Of a stretch of 64,000 nt of DNA, positions 1 to 14,659 are shown one piece after another. Made by a program: the position numbers and the translations under genes. This DNA comes from Octopus vulgaris. Its lineage: Eukaryota. Positions within the stretch are counted from its first letter, which is position 1, and each line of letters starts with the position of its first letter. The stretch is from the NCBI GenBank assembly GCA_951406725.2, contig OX597839.1, positions 32,240,001 to 32,304,000 of the forward strand. Direction: 5' to 3'. Below the pieces are notes generated by a model, which worked only from the letters and a program-made list of their open reading frames with translations, did no database searches and was not told where the DNA came from.

Positions 1-291
1 GAGAGAAGAAGACAAGGGATTCGAACCTTGGAACTGGTAGTGAGGTACCAAAATTACAATAATAATAGCAACAGTAATAATAATAATAAAGGTCAGCTCG
101 TCGCTTTTTCTGTGTCAACTCCCAACCATTTCTGAAAAGCCATGAACAAGACGGGAAACTGAGAAGCCAGGACGGTCGCACTTTTTTTGCTCTTCATTTT
201 TAGACCCCTTCGTCTATCAGAAAAGACATTAAATCAATGTCAGTAAAACTATAATAATTATTATTATTATATATATATATATAATAATAAT

Positions 292-325
<34 letters not shown>

Positions 326-2619
326 AAATAAAGGTCGTCTTCTAAATAATAAAATGTATGCAAGTGGTAACCAAAAAACGGTTTGTCCGTCCGATTCGGG
401 TCGGCGAGAAAAACAGTATCCCCCCCCCTTGGAGGCCCCCCCAGACATAAAATGTTGAGGGGAGGGGACTTGAAAGAATCTGGCGGGAAATATCATTAAT
501 AACAACAACAACACTAATGACATTATTATTATTATTATCAATAAATATTAATTATGAAATAATATTGTATAAATAGATAAATAAATGAAGATATGAAATT
601 ATAAAAAGTTAAGGTATGTATAACATTAAATGCATTGAATTATACATATATGTACATGTGTATATAGGTGTATACATAACATGCATACTTACAGATATTA
701 CATGCATACAGAAATATATAAAGGTGCATACATGTATAAACATGCATACATAAATGTGTACATATATATATATATACATTATATATATAGTGTATATATA
801 ATGTATATATATATATATACACACAGGAATTAAACACACAAGTGAGATAATGCTGAGCTATGTTATTTTTTTTGTTTGGGATACAACAATATATATATAA
901 ATATAGCTCCACAAATATATATATATATTTATATATACACACATATATATTCAAGTTATAAAAAATTCAAATAATGCTACATGGTAAAGGGGGAAGGACA
1001 GCATGTAGGTAATGATAATAATAGTAATAATAATAGTAATAATAATAGTAATGATCATTCAAATAACAGACAATAAAGAATTCATGTTGAAAATGTAGAT
1101 ATAAAGCAGAAATTAAACATCCATGGCAGAGAGATATATATATATATTATTATTATTATACATACACACATGAGGAGGGCAAGTAGCTCAGTCGACACAG
1201 TGTAGAGAGAGAAAGAGGAATGATGGTGATGATGATCACACTGGCTGGCTAGCTAGCTGCTCATGGCGGTAGGAAATAACAGAAGGAGAAGGAGAGAGAG
1301 AAGGAGTATTAGAGAGAACGGCGATGGCGGTGAGAGAGAGAGAGAGAAAGGCAGGAAGGAAAGGGAAGGATAACGAGAGAGAGAGTGAGTGAGTGAGAGA
1401 CATGGTGGGGAAAAAATATTAGTGTGGTTGAAGAAGAAGAAGAACACACACGCTCAATAATAAGAGAAAAGAGAGCTGGCCTAGTAAGGATAATATAGTA
1501 GTTAGTCGAGGGACGAGTTTAGTCGCCATTTCTCCTCACTACCAGACAACAGAGAGAGAGAGAGAGAGAGAAAGAAGAAAGAGCCAGGAAATAAATACAT
1601 AAACAGAAGGTTCATGTTAATAATTTCGTGGCTTTTCCCTTTTGCTGTTGTTTCTCAGATTTTTAGAAAATTGTCCAAGAAAAAAAAAACAGTTGGTTAT
1701 CAAAACAATAAAGATAAAAAAAACTAGACCTTTATATATATATTTTGTGAATGTAGCAACCGATTTAAATTTAAACAATGGACAATAAACAGATGTATAG
1801 ATTCCTACATGTTTAGTAAATTATACTTCTGCAACCGTTGAAAGACAAAAAGTAAATTCTAAAATTACATTATTATGCATGAAAAAAAAAAAACAATTTT
1901 AAACAGAATCCCACATGTTACAAAATGGATACTTTTACTGCTGTTTCGACAAATAAAATATAAAAGCAGAAATAAGGGGAAACTTGTACAATACATTAAA
2001 ATATATTATTGCTATTATCAGCTCCCGCCCTCGTGAAAGCAATACATGAAAAAATTTGCAACTGAAATTCCCACATGTGGCAAGATTATAATTTAAGTAT
2101 TGTCTAAACAAAATACAAAATTCCAAATAAATGTACAAAATGTTATTGCTATCGCTTATACGCATAAAGCAATGCTAATTACCTCATATAATACACATGT
2201 AATATTACAGCGACCATGAGCAAGGAAAGACAGCCATGCATACACTCCTACATGTGGCAACAATACTTCGCAATGACTAACACCAGATTTTTTTTATTTT
2301 TTATAAATTCAATTCTAAAAATTAAAAAAAAAATTAACCTACACTAATTATTACACTAATTATTATTATTATTAAATTAATCGTATATTTATTTATTTTA
2401 TATGAAGATAAACGGGCAAATAAAATAAAATAGAAATTTTTTTAAGAAAAAGTTTGTTGGAGCCGAATTTTTTGAGTGTGTTGTGTAAAAATACAAAAGT
2501 TAGCCACAGAAGCGTCAACAGGCAGCTTGGACTAATTTTAAAAACCAAGCACAAAGTACGCGACACGACCCATTTATAAACCACACACACACACATATAT
2601 ACATATCTTGTAGTATATG

Positions 2620-2656
<37 letters not shown>

Positions 2657-2837
2657 TCACTCACTAAAATAATGAATAGCAGTTGCTATATATATTACTA
2701 GCAAAACAGCTGACATTTAATAGAGAATAAATGAAATTTTATAGATATATAGCATAATTAAATTATATATATATATATATATATATATTTATACACATAT
2801 ATACATACATGTACAGACATTTTGTTTACACATATAG

Positions 2838-2868
<31 letters not shown>

Positions 2869-5800
2869 CATACACACACACAATATCCCGTGAACCTGGT
2901 GATAAAAAAAAACTGCTGCAACACCAAAGGAAAAACAAGCGAAAGAAAACTATATTTTACTGTGGGGGGAAAATAAGTTTTAAAAGTACATATTTGTTGA
3001 TATGAAAATATCGGTGAACTTAGTTTAACGATGAATGTTAAACATGGAGGATAATGGAGGAAGAGATAGAGAGGAGGAGGAGGAGGAGAAATAGAGATGG
3101 AGCGGGAGGAGACGCAGAGAAGGAAGGAAGGAAGGAGAGAAAAAATGGAGGAAGAGAGAGGAGGGAAAATAGGCCAGGAATTCACTGAGTACAAGAGGGA
3201 CATTTTGGAGGAGATTGAGAGAAAGAGCGAAGAGGAGAAGTAATGTAGTAATAATAATGATAATAAATAACCACAAGTAGCAGGAGAGAAGGAAAGAGTG
3301 AAAATACAGACGACGTACATCTCGACATGTAGGCTTTCCATTAAAGACGAAGATAGAGAGAAGGAAGGAGGGAGGAAGGATTGATTTTTATTTTGGGAAA
3401 TAAAAAGAAGAGTAAAAAATAATGTGAATTATTTAAGTATGGAATTTCCAGGCTTTATTAAACGGCAGACTGGTGGATTTGTCTTTTTTTTTTATTGTGC
3501 TGACGACGACACCAGACTACTTTTCGGTCGGCCAGTTCTCTAATAATTCTTCATAGGTGTATATATATATATATATATATATTAGATACACGTACACACA
3601 TGTATATATTTATATACATATATATATAGATAGATAGATATATGGAGAAAGAGATATATATATACATAGATGTGTGTATGTAGTATGAAGGTGTTTACGT
3701 GATGGAGTCAATTTGTTTCATTAAACACCTTCAAGGTGGATGCCCCAGCATGGCCGCAGTCCAATGATTGACAAACAACTAAAATATAAAAGATGTGTGT
3801 ATATAAATATATGTGTATGTGTGAATGTATATGCATTTATCTTTCTATCTTTTACTTTCAATCATTTGACTGCGGCCATGCTGGAGCATCGTCCTATGGA
3901 ATTTTTTAGTCGAACGAATCGACGACCCCCAGGGCTTATTATTTTATTTTTTTCTTCTTTTAAAGCCTGGTAGTTAGTTTGTCGATTTATTTTGCCGAGC
4001 GTCGCCCGAATGAACAAATACAAAGGAAAATGGAAATAAAACACAACAATCAGTTCTACTGAAGGAATGAATCATCAGCTCTGTAACTCTACACCAGCGT
4101 ATTGAGTACTCTTTCTCCCCATTATGAGACACACACACACACACATGTATATATATGAATAGAAATATAATTATATATATATTAATATAGGTTGAAGTTT
4201 AAATTTCAGGTATTTTTTATTCCTTCACCGGCTTCAGTCATTTTTCCGCGGCCATGCTGGAGCGCGTTAGATATTAACAAAAAAAAACCCTATTTGCCTC
4301 TTTCTTACACACAAAATATTCTAAATCCTTGAATTATTTTATTTTAAAAGCGAATAAAAATAAGCAATTTAGAAGTTTCAATACACACACGCAGTCCAAC
4401 AAATGGTTATTTTGGTGGGTGTCAAAAGATTTTTACACAAAAGTAGGATGTAGTGATGTTGATCACTTTCCTGAAAACAATAATTAGCATTTATAATAAT
4501 TGATTTTCTAAAAAAAAGATTGAATTTTTAAAGAATGAATAGCTTTTTTGCTTGTTTTTTTTTTCTCTTTCGAACCGAAGCAAAAATTGAACGAGGACAG
4601 GGGGGACCGGGTCGTATCTGAGGGTGGATGAACTCATTACAGAACAAAGAGTACAACTATGACGAGGAGGCAGAAGAGGTGTAAGATGATGATGATGGTT
4701 TCGTTAACTTAGAACAAGAAATAGATAATAAGTCCCAGACCACAAGATATTCTAGAACAAACAAATTGTTAAAAGTTGAATTATTAGAAAAAAACAATGC
4801 TCCTAATTGAATGAATGCAAAAGACAACGAGGGTGTCCCTATGTGGTACCACGATATGCTAAATATAGCAACTAAACCGGCTTTTAATTTCAGTATAACC
4901 TTAGAAAAGAAGGACTGGGTGGATGTTGTTTTAGGGGCAGAACGACAGAATGGATGGATTTCACCGAGATAGGGTCCACCTCATCTGTATTGACCTGGGA
5001 TAAAACCCCAACACCTCTCATAGTAATAATAATAATACTGAAAACAATAAGTACTAATGAGATATCAAATACACAATATTAATGTTATATGCACGTGTGC
5101 GTATGTATGTCGTGTTTATATATAAATATATGTCACGTCTGTATGTACGTATATATATATATATAACACCCTTGCGGACGCACTTACCCCCCTCATACAA
5201 TTATAATTGCACTTCCATATCTACCCACCACCCTTATTTATAATTATTATCCTCATCACAACACCCAGACACTTCCAAATAATATATTGCAAGCCTTCAA
5301 TAAGCACTTAATATCCTTTTTCGCAATTCTACCGAAATCATCATTACAAGAGAATAATATTTTCGTAAATTTATATATCTTTCTATTGAACATATACATT
5401 CCAGTGACTAACATGTGTGACTAGATACACACACAATAGTACTATACTATACTAATGTTTGTCTGAGTTGACTCTGTGACTAATAAAGCCATTATTATGT
5501 TATAAATAAATCTATATGACCGACATAACCAAGAGGCGCACCAATTCTAAGACCATTAAATATTATGTATGTATAATGTAGCATGTGTCCCCTCTTAGCT
5601 CTTTAAATCCCACCCTGGGGTTCAACTATTTTCTGACACATGTAGAAGTACCAGTAATGTATTTGGAACACTATCTGCCCTCGATAGCACACACAGCTTG
5701 TCCTACAAAGAATGTTAATCATCAATTTTTTTGGTCCAGAGTCTGTGAAGGGGAAGCTTGAAATATTTCGAAGCATTCAAAAGGTGTGTGAGACGAGGGA

Positions 5801-6019
5801 AGGCGAGGAGAAATATCATTTTGAATTAAATGATAAATTAAATTAAATTTAAATCAGTTAATGAGGGGAAGGAGAAAGCAGGGAACCGCTTGTATTATTG
5901 GAGGATCACGAGCAGAGGAGTATAAAAAGAGCCTGAAAAGGGTCGGGGCTGTGGCAGTTTTCGCGGTCGGGGCTCCTAACTGGGATTAAGGAGACCCCGA
6001 GTCCCTTCGTTTCTCTAAT

Positions 6020-6165
6020 ACCTATTTCTTTATTACCCACAAGGGGCTAAACACAGAGGGAACAAACAAGGACAGACATAGGTATTAAGTCGATTACATC
6101 GACCCCAGTTCGTAACTGGTACTTAATTTATCGACCCCGAAAGGATGAAAGGTAAAGTCGACCTC
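6020..6165 (-). mobile_element. Family B SINE 3' portion
   Basis: Reverse complement of the 36235-36378 core and tail. Confidence 0.85.
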
Positions 6166-7099
6166 ACCACATGTATTGAAAGACAGTAGGGTGTTGTTTG
6201 AAGGCTTTTTTCTAACAGGTTTAGCGATCCCGTGCTTTTGTTATCGGGGGTAGCTTAGATCCCGGTTTAGCTCTGATCAAGTACACGACCCACCTGAGAA
6301 AAAAAAACCATCCAGGGGAAATGCAATTCGGGATTAGGGAGTTAGGATGGGATTAATGGCATCGCGGATCGATCATATATGATCCATTACAAGGTCCTTT
6401 TTTTGGTACTAGTACCCCTTTTTTTTTCTCAACCCGAAAACAGTGTTGGGCACTGCCTTTGGTAGCAAATCGATCGACTACGCGGGGTGCCCAGCCCATC
6501 CAGTGCACATTATATACACAGCCACATACACGAAGTACTTTTAAAGTTACCAGTGGTTAATGAGTAATCAAATACTCACAAACACACACCCATGTATGTG
6601 TGTGTGTGTATAAACACCATAAACAGGTCTAGTAAGGTGTAGGAGATATTATTAGTACGTTCAGAGTGTGTAGAAACCGGTATAGCTAAGTAAAAATAGC
6701 ACGGTTCTTTATATATACACCAGTTACTCTTGGTACCCTCCTCTCACTTTCACCACCACCTCTTTCTACTGTGCGTGTGTGTATATATATATATATATAT
6801 ATTGCTAGATAGATGGATATAGAGAGCCGGGTGGATAGAGGTGTACCCTGCGCTTGGAGCAGAGAGAAAGCAAGAGAAAATCAAGTTAAATAATAAATAA
6901 ATTTAAATGTAAATTCTTCAGAAAGTGTGGGTATATATACTATGTAACACCATATATATGTACGTGTATACGCATGTATAAGTGTGTGTGTGTGTGTGTG
7001 TATGTATATATATATAATATATATATACGAAAGAATGCATATATAAATATATATATATTAGTCCAAGTATTTGCAGTGTACTTGGTTCTTGCTTCAGGT

Positions 7100-7154
7100 G
7101 TTACCTCCATAGATTATATATATATGTATGTATGTATGTATGTGTATATATATA

Positions 7155-7226
<72 letters not shown>

Positions 7227-8199
7227 AGCCAGAGCTGAAGTGCATCAGTTGTATTGAAAAAACCCCATCAAGTCTAGCATCGCCGACAAGCAGTGCATTC
7301 ATTTATATATATATATGTGTATATGTATATATATATATATACACTGTATGGCTGACTGGGGTGAGTGCATGAAGATATGTGTGTGTGTGTGTGTACTTAG
7401 TCCCACACAGATGTGTACGTGTGTCTTGTCTAACCATGTATGTGCGCTATGTGGAAATGTGTGTGTGTGTTATCTATACATGTATGCGTACGTGTAGGTC
7501 TGTGCGAGTGCACTGTCTATATATATATATATATGTGTCTGTGTGTGTGTGTTGTATATATATATATATGTATGTGTGTGTTGTATATATATATATATAT
7601 ATATATGTCTCTGTGTGTGTGTGTTGTATATATATATATGTGTGTGTGTGTGTTGTATATATATATATGTATGTGTGAGTGTTGTATATGTATGTGTGTG
7701 AGTTGTATATATATATATGTGTGTGTTGTATATATATGTATGTATGTGTGTGTTGTATATATACATATATATGTGTGTGTGTGTGTGTTGTATATACATA
7801 TATATGTGTGTGTGTGTGTTGTATATATATGTATGTGTGTTGTATATATATATGTTTGTGTGTGTGTGCCAGACTTTCTCTACATGTTTGCATGAATGAA
7901 AGAAGTGTGTGAGCGCGCGTGTACACTATGCATAAATGGGTGTACATGTATGAATGCATTTACGTGTGTATGATAACCGTATAATAAAGTGTGTGTGTGT
8001 GTAGAAACGACAGAGTGGATGCACCGAAGGAGAGAGAGTACGGGTGCATATACGGGTACACCCGTGTTTAAACATGAATTTGGGTACGTGTGAGTACATG
8101 AGATTATGTGTATGAAAGAAAGGGGTATCTATATATATATGTGTGTGTGTGTGTAGTGTATGTATATATATATATGTGTGTGTGTGTGTGTAGTGTATG

Positions 8200-8232
<33 letters not shown>

Positions 8233-8306
8233 GTGTGTGTGTGTAGTGTATGTATACACACACACATATATATATATGTGTAGTGTATGTATACACACAC
8301 ACACAC

Positions 8307-8338
<32 letters not shown>

Positions 8339-8530
8339 AGTGTATGTATACACACACACAAACATATATGTGTGTGTGTGTATATACACACACACATACA
8401 CACAGAGGGGGTTTACATGTATTTATGAATGTGTGTATAGATGGGGTGGAGAGAGTGCGGGTGTGTGTGTATGTGTGTGCATCATGTTTAAATATGTTAT
8501 TTAAAACACGAGTGTGTGTGTCTGTGTGTT
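7100..8530. repeat. Compound (TA)/(TG) microsatellite block, representative of many in the window
   Basis: Similar blocks at about 22190-22470 (GATA), 26710-27015, 39810-41255, 49326-50730 and 56828-57060. Confidence 0.95.
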
Positions 8531-8884
8531 AGTCAAAACACCAACAACTCTTTTACTACATGAAGCTATCCACATTCATTACACATTCATTCTCCCACAT
8601 GTGTGCGCGCTCCCGTGCATGTGTTTACATGTGGCTCTTGCCTAACATGTAGAGATATATATATGCACAGAGGTGGTGGTGGTGGTGGTTGGAGTGAAGT
8701 TGCCATCGTTTCTATTGTTGCCCTGCTTCAAATATTCAGCAACGACCCAGATGACCTAGAAGCAAAATAACCGAACGGATTCCAGCCGTGACCATCACAT
8801 CGATGCTTTCTTTTTCGTATTTTTTTCCCCTTGAAGCCACTAAACTACTGTTTTTTTTTGTTTTTCCATTTTCTTCCAAGACGC

Positions 8885-9086
8885 TTGGCCAGGCGGCCTC
8901 TTCATAGAAACGGGCCGCACGAAACGAGGGACTTCGACATCAATTCGGGCCGCACTACTTAAAAAAACAAATATTCAACATAGTTTTTTTTCGTTAGGCG
9001 GTCGTGCCATCCAGAGAGTCACGCGGGCCGCATGTGGCACGGCACGGCCCCGGCCCGGCCCCGCAAGCCGCTGGAGGACTGGGCTA
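8885..9086. mobile_element. hAT (Charlie/Tip100-like) non-autonomous remnant
   Basis: Repeated cgggccgca / cgcgggccgcatgtggc subterminal motifs typical of hAT MITEs; explains the local GC peak. Confidence 0.5.
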
Positions 9087-10125
9087 GGACGTGGTGTATA
9101 TGTGGCCGGGGGGGGGGGGAAAGAGATTTGGTTGTTATTTCTAGCAGATGAGAAACTCCCACGTATGATGGCCTCGTGTAATTAAAAAAAAAAATCTTAT
9201 TGTGCAAATAATGTAAAGGAGTACCGTGTGTGTGTGTGTGTAAGAGAGAATGTGTGCGTTTATGTGTGTGTGTGTGTGTGAGAGAGAGAGAATGTGTGCG
9301 TGTGTGTGTGTATGTGTGAGAGAGAATGTGTGCGTTTGTGTGTGTGTGTGTGAGAGAGAATGTGTGTGTGTGTGAGAGAGAGAGAGAATGTGTGTGTGTG
9401 TGTGTGTATGTGGTTTAAGTACAGAGAGAAAGACAGGCATAGAGGTGCACGTTGGTGGTGCTGCAGAACTGCCACGATTCGAACCAGTGTTTTTGTTGTT
9501 TTCCCCTTTTGTTTTGTTTTTTTTTCTTTGTTTTTTTTTTAAAAGGAAAATAATAAAATAATTATAACATAACAACAACAACAACAAACAACAACAACAA
9601 AAAAAAAACCATGTACACACCTCAAATATATAAAATCCCAAATAAAAAAAAAAAACCACTCCTTCGGCTCCCAAACACTTTGTACGGTACGACGGACTGG
9701 AAAAGGCAGAACTCACATCACCATCATCATCATCATCAACACCACCATCAACATTATCATCATTAACAACAATAACAACACACTACGGGAGGAGGAGGAG
9801 AAGGAGTTTCGCGCGGTCGTAGTGGCAGGAAGAAGGGGAGGAGGAGGAGGAGGAGGAAAAATACTAAGGGGGGAGGAATGGCAGGAGGGAAGGAAGAAAA
9901 AGAGTATAGCAAGAGGGGGAGGAAATACCCTCGAAAAAAAATTAAAACTCGCGGAAGTTAAACCCTCCCCCCACCTATACGAGTATACCTCCCCTCTCCC
10001 TTTTTTTATTATTTTATTTTTTTGGCCTTTATTTCCTCAGACGTCCTACTAAAGACAAGTTTCTCTCTCCACCTCCACATTATATATATATATATATATA
10101 CATAGGTAAATACATACTTATATGT

Positions 10126-10159
<34 letters not shown>

Positions 10160-11278
10160 TGGTGTGTGTATATATATATGTGTATATATGTATATATATA
10201 CGGGGAGTGCCACGTGTGAGTGAAGTGTACGATGCATTGAGCACGACTGTGAATATGGAGAATGTGAAGGAAGAGGTCAGAATAAAGTCGGTGAAGTCAC
10301 AGAGAGTGAGAAACGGAGAGGGATATAGAGAAAGAGTGAGTGGGAGGGGAAATAGAGAGAGAGGAGAGAGGGTAGAGAAATAAAGAGAGGGAGGACGGGG
10401 AGTAAGAAACGAGGCGAAAAAACCACGGGAGAGGAAGAAAAGGAAATAAGGCTGAGGCTGAGAGCTCGAGCTGAACGCGAGTAACGGGAGTAGAGAGACT
10501 GAGGTGGAGGGAGGGAAGGAAGGAGGGAGGATAGAGTTTTGTGAGAGGAGAGCTGTTAAGGAAAGTGGTGAGTACAGCTGAAGGGAGTGGAGGAGGAGGA
10601 GGAAGTGGAGGAGGTAACGAGGAATTAGAGAGAGAGGGGGAAGTGGGAAGTTAAGAAGAAGGAAAAAAAAAAACAAAGAATGAAAAATATAAAATAAAAC
10701 GGTGCTGGGCTAGCAACGCCAAGAGTAAATAAGGAGTAACCAACCAGAGAGAGAGGGGGGGAACGGTGATGAAGTGAGGTGGGTGCAAACATGAAGAAGA
10801 GGAACAGGAGGAGGAGGAGCAGGAGTAAATGCTGACAGAGGAAGCGGAGGAGGAGGAGGAGGGGAAAAAAGAAACGGGTTAAAAAGATTCGAAAGGGAGG
10901 AGATGGAAATAGTGCAGGAGTAGGAGGAGTATAGGCAATTAGGAGGAAAATCGAATAATGAATAAAAATAAAATAAAATATATATATATGCTTATACACA
11001 CACATATATGAATATATATATATATTTATATATATGATATATATATAGTGTGTATGCATATACATGAGGTAGGAAAAAGAAAAGCTTGCTTCAGTTGAGA
11101 CTTCATGTAAGACACACAGACACAGAGCAAGTACTTACATGACATCGACTACTGGAGGGAGTTCCGCGCGTAGACTTGCTAAATATACACACATATATAT
11201 ATATATGAATCTACACGTGTGCATCTATATACTCACACACACATATATATCTATATATGTGCTGTATATGAATATATA

Positions 11279-11390
11279 TGGCTGCTACCTTTAGCAGGTC
11301 AAACGACCACTTCCCACTTGATTTTGTTGGCCTACGCATATATATATATATATGGGAAGTGGTCGTTTGACCTGCGAAAGGTAGCAGCCA
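11279..11390. repeat. Inverted repeat, 38-bp arms with one mismatch
   Basis: tggctgctacctttagcaggtcaaacgaccacttccca / tgggaagtggtcgtttgacctgcgaaaggtagcagcca. Confidence 0.95.
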
Positions 11391-11944
11391 CATTTTTTTT
11401 TTTTACAATTTCACACTGCAATCCTATATAAAGGAAGGACATATTCGAAGATGGCCTATATCTCAAATATATATTTTAAAAAATTAGAAAGAAACACCTT
11501 TTATCAATTTAAAATGAACAATCAAATTTACACCATCTAGAAAATGACATATAATAGAAATATTAAATTAAAATAATGATATACCTATGATTAAGTAGAT
11601 TGCAAAATAATAATAAATACGTATATATTTGGTAATATATACACGTAAGGTATATATATATATATATATTTGCAATGTATATACCTTATTCATATTGGAA
11701 TGTTAATATTCATGCAGGATTCAATAGCTGAAAGGAGGACACATTCCATACTGTTGTCCCAGATAATGTCTCAGTATATATACATTGCACCGTATAATTG
11801 TATACCTCATTCATATAGGAATGTAATGTAATTGTAGCACTCAATACCTGGCGATTGGACTTAATTAAAATATACGGACCGTTAGACAGCTAAATGCAAT
11901 GTGAAACAACAAAAACATATATGTACAAATTCTAAATAGATATA

Positions 11945-12750
11945 TTCTTTTATTTGACTGCGGCCATGCTAGAGCACCGCCTATAGCCGAACAAATCGAC
12001 CCCAGGACTTATTCTTTGTAAACTTAATACTTATTCTATCGGTTTCTTTTTGCCGAACTGCTAAGTTGCTTGGACGTAAACACATCAACGTCTGTTATCA
12101 AGTGATGGGTGGGGCAAACACATACACACACACACACATACATATATATATGAGGGTTTCTTTCGGTTTCCGTCTACCAAATCCACTCACAAGGCTTTGA
12201 TCGGCCTGAGGCTATAGTATAAGTCACCTGCCCAAGGTGCAACTCTGTGGGACTGAACCTAGAACCATGTGGCTGCGAAGCAAGCTTCTTACCACACAGT
12301 CAAGCTTGCGCCTATATATATTTTTATCTTGTTTCAGTCATTAGACTGTGGCCATGCTGGAGCACCACCTTAGACTCTAAGTTGAATGAATCCACCCCAA
12401 AACTTAGATTTTTTAAAGCATGGTACCTATTCTATCGGTTTATTGTCAAACCGCAAGGTTATGGAGACGTAAACACACCAACACCGGTTGTCAACAGACG
12501 AAGACACATTCACATACATATATAAATATATATATGTCTTCGTCTTTCGTTTTTTTTTATAAATTCCAACTATATATATGTTGAATAGATATACAACAAG
12601 CCTCTTTCCGTTTCCAGCTACCAAATCCACTCACAAGGTTTTGGTTAGCCCAAGTCTATGGTAGAGAATACCTGCTCCAGGTGCCACACAATGAGACTGA
12701 ATCGAGAACCATTTTGTTGGGAAGCAAGCTTCTTACCACACAGTCACGCC
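11945..12750 (-). mobile_element. Two tandem diverged family A SINEs
   Basis: Both span tail to head on the minus strand (about 11945-12315 and 12320-12750). Confidence 0.85.
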
Positions 12751-13008
12751 TATATATATATATATATATATATAGTTGAAATTTACAGAAAAACAAAAGA
12801 CGAAGACAGGTGTGCAAACAACAAACAGGTGTATTAGTTTAACACTCGGGAAGGTGAGAAAATCTTTTATGCTTTGAGCCTACGCTGAGAGAATAAAAAA
12901 CCTTTTGGAGCTAGAAAACAAAAGACAAAAACGTATATATATACATACATAGCAGGTGTCTTTGGCTATAGCCCCAGGGCTAACCAAAGCCATAGGAGTA
13001 GATTTGGT

Positions 13009-13400
13009 GCAGTTTTTTCTAGCGGTGTCATATGAAATTGTCACCCATAATTATGACCCTAGAATCGATCTATTGCATTTCAATCTGTTTTAGGGTTAGG
13101 GGTGGGGGAAGGGTACCTTTTTTTCTTCACAAATGTAAATAAACCCAATCTGTTTCTTAAACGAAGGACATAATTCATACGGCACAGAATGTTTTTTACC
13201 TCAATAGATGGTCATTGATTGGTTGAAATTTCAGAAATTGAAGAAAAAACAACAACAAATATCTTCCAAACTATAGAATTTTCTCAATAAAGCCAAGAGA
13301 AAAAGATGTTTTATAAACACATTCTACCAGTATACGAAGTTTAAAATTTTTTAGTTACCTAGAAATTATGTTAAAAACTGCCGTTCAAACCGAAAAGATC
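13009..13400. mobile_element. Second copy of the same MITE, left TIR truncated
   Basis: Collinear and near-identical to about 16217-16614. Confidence 0.85.
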
Positions 13401-13479
13401 ATCCCTGGCATCCGAAATTCTGAGTTTTATTATGACAACCAACTAATTGTCGCACATCATATTTACATATATTTGTGTG

Positions 13480-13830
13480 TGTCTATATATACTTGTTTTA
13501 TTTATATTTCCTGAGCGCCATACTAATACAATTGTTTGTTTGTATTCCACCTGCCTTCGTCTTTTGTTTATTTCCGTAAACCTGCCTTCGTCTTTTGTCT
13601 ATTTTCATAAAGCTTCCCGTCTTTTGTCTATTTTCATAAAGCTATATATATATATATATATATACATACATAGGGAGAGTTCATGAAAAAAGCAAAAGAC
13701 GAAGACAGGTGGTGTAGAAAACAAACAGATGTATTAAGTATAACGTTCAGGAATTGAAAAAGTGTTTTACATTTCGAGCCTACGCTCTTCTACAGGAAGA
13801 GAGACAGAAAAAAAAAACAAGGAGAGAAAA
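13480..13830. mobile_element. Inverted pair of Penelope-like terminal repeats
   Basis: 13510-13570 is the reverse complement of 13690-13755. Minus strand carries CTGTAGA a gagc gtag gctc GAAA. Related copy at 12775-12890. Confidence 0.6.
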
Positions 13831-13993
13831 TTTAAAGACACATATATATATATATATATATTGGTATGTGTGAGTGTCTATCTTTGTGCTCGTGTCACCT
13901 GACAACCAAGTTGGTTTCTTTACATCTGACGGACCTAGTGGTTTGACAAAACGAGAACCAATAGAATATGAACCAGATTTACAATTAAGTACT

Positions 13994-14399
13994 CTTTTAC
14001 TTGTTTCAGTCATTTGACTGCGGCCATGCTGGAGCACCGCCTTTAATCGAGCAACTCGACCCGGGGACTTATTCTTTTGTAAGTCCAGTACTTATTCTAT
14101 CGGTCTCTTTTGCCGAACCGCTAAGTAACGGGGACATAAACACACCAGCATCGGTTGTCAAGCAATGCTAGGGGGACAAACACAGACACACAAACACACA
14201 CACGCATATATATATATATATATACACACATATATACGACGGGCTTCTTTCAGTTTCCATCTACCAAATCCACTCACAAGACTTTGGTCGGCCCGAGGCT
14301 ATAGTCGAAGACACTTGCCCAAGGTGCCACGCAGTGGGACTGAACCCTGAACCATGTGGTTGGTTAGCAAGCTACTTACCACACAGCCACTCCTGCGCC
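13994..14399 (-). mobile_element. Full-length tRNA-derived SINE, family A (probably Meta-domain), nested in an older copy
   Basis: Head ggcgcaggagtggctgtgtggtaag (A box) ... ggttcagtccc (B box), core gtggatttggtagatggaaactgaaagaagccc, internal (TA/TG)n, tail ccagcatggccgcagtcaaatgactgaaac. 8-bp TSD taagtact at 13986-13993 and 14400-14407. Confidence 0.9.
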
Positions 14400-14659
14400 T
14401 AAGTACTGGGCTTTGACTAAACCGATCGAAGCAGTACACCAGCATAACGGCTGTTCAATGACTGAAACAAGAATATGATAAAAGATAGGCATATCTTTCA
14501 GACAGCGTAGATTCCGATTAGATCAGAATTTAATGGGAAAAAAGAAAAATCAAAAATAAAATGGTGGTCGTGCCTTCAAACATTCTGACTAACATCGCAT
14601 AAGTTTCATTTTGTAGATAAAAAGGTGACGTGTGTCACTATGTTTAGGGGTACACCCAG

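Noticed and set aside
8885-9086. CpG-island promoter
   Set aside because: The GC content is better explained by hAT-type cgggccgca subterminal repeats.
1-11000. Novel diverged repeat variants in the first 11 kb and single-base gaps in the 40100 RTE copy
   Set aside because: The scattered indels could be age or consensus error in the assembly; this cannot be told apart without reads.
13088-13105. Interstitial telomere (TTAGGG)
   Set aside because: Only about two units, and they are internal to the MITE in both copies.
14165-14350. Recurrent small-protein family (RRASFSFRLPNPLTR...)
   Set aside because: Antisense translation of the family A SINE, seen at every copy.
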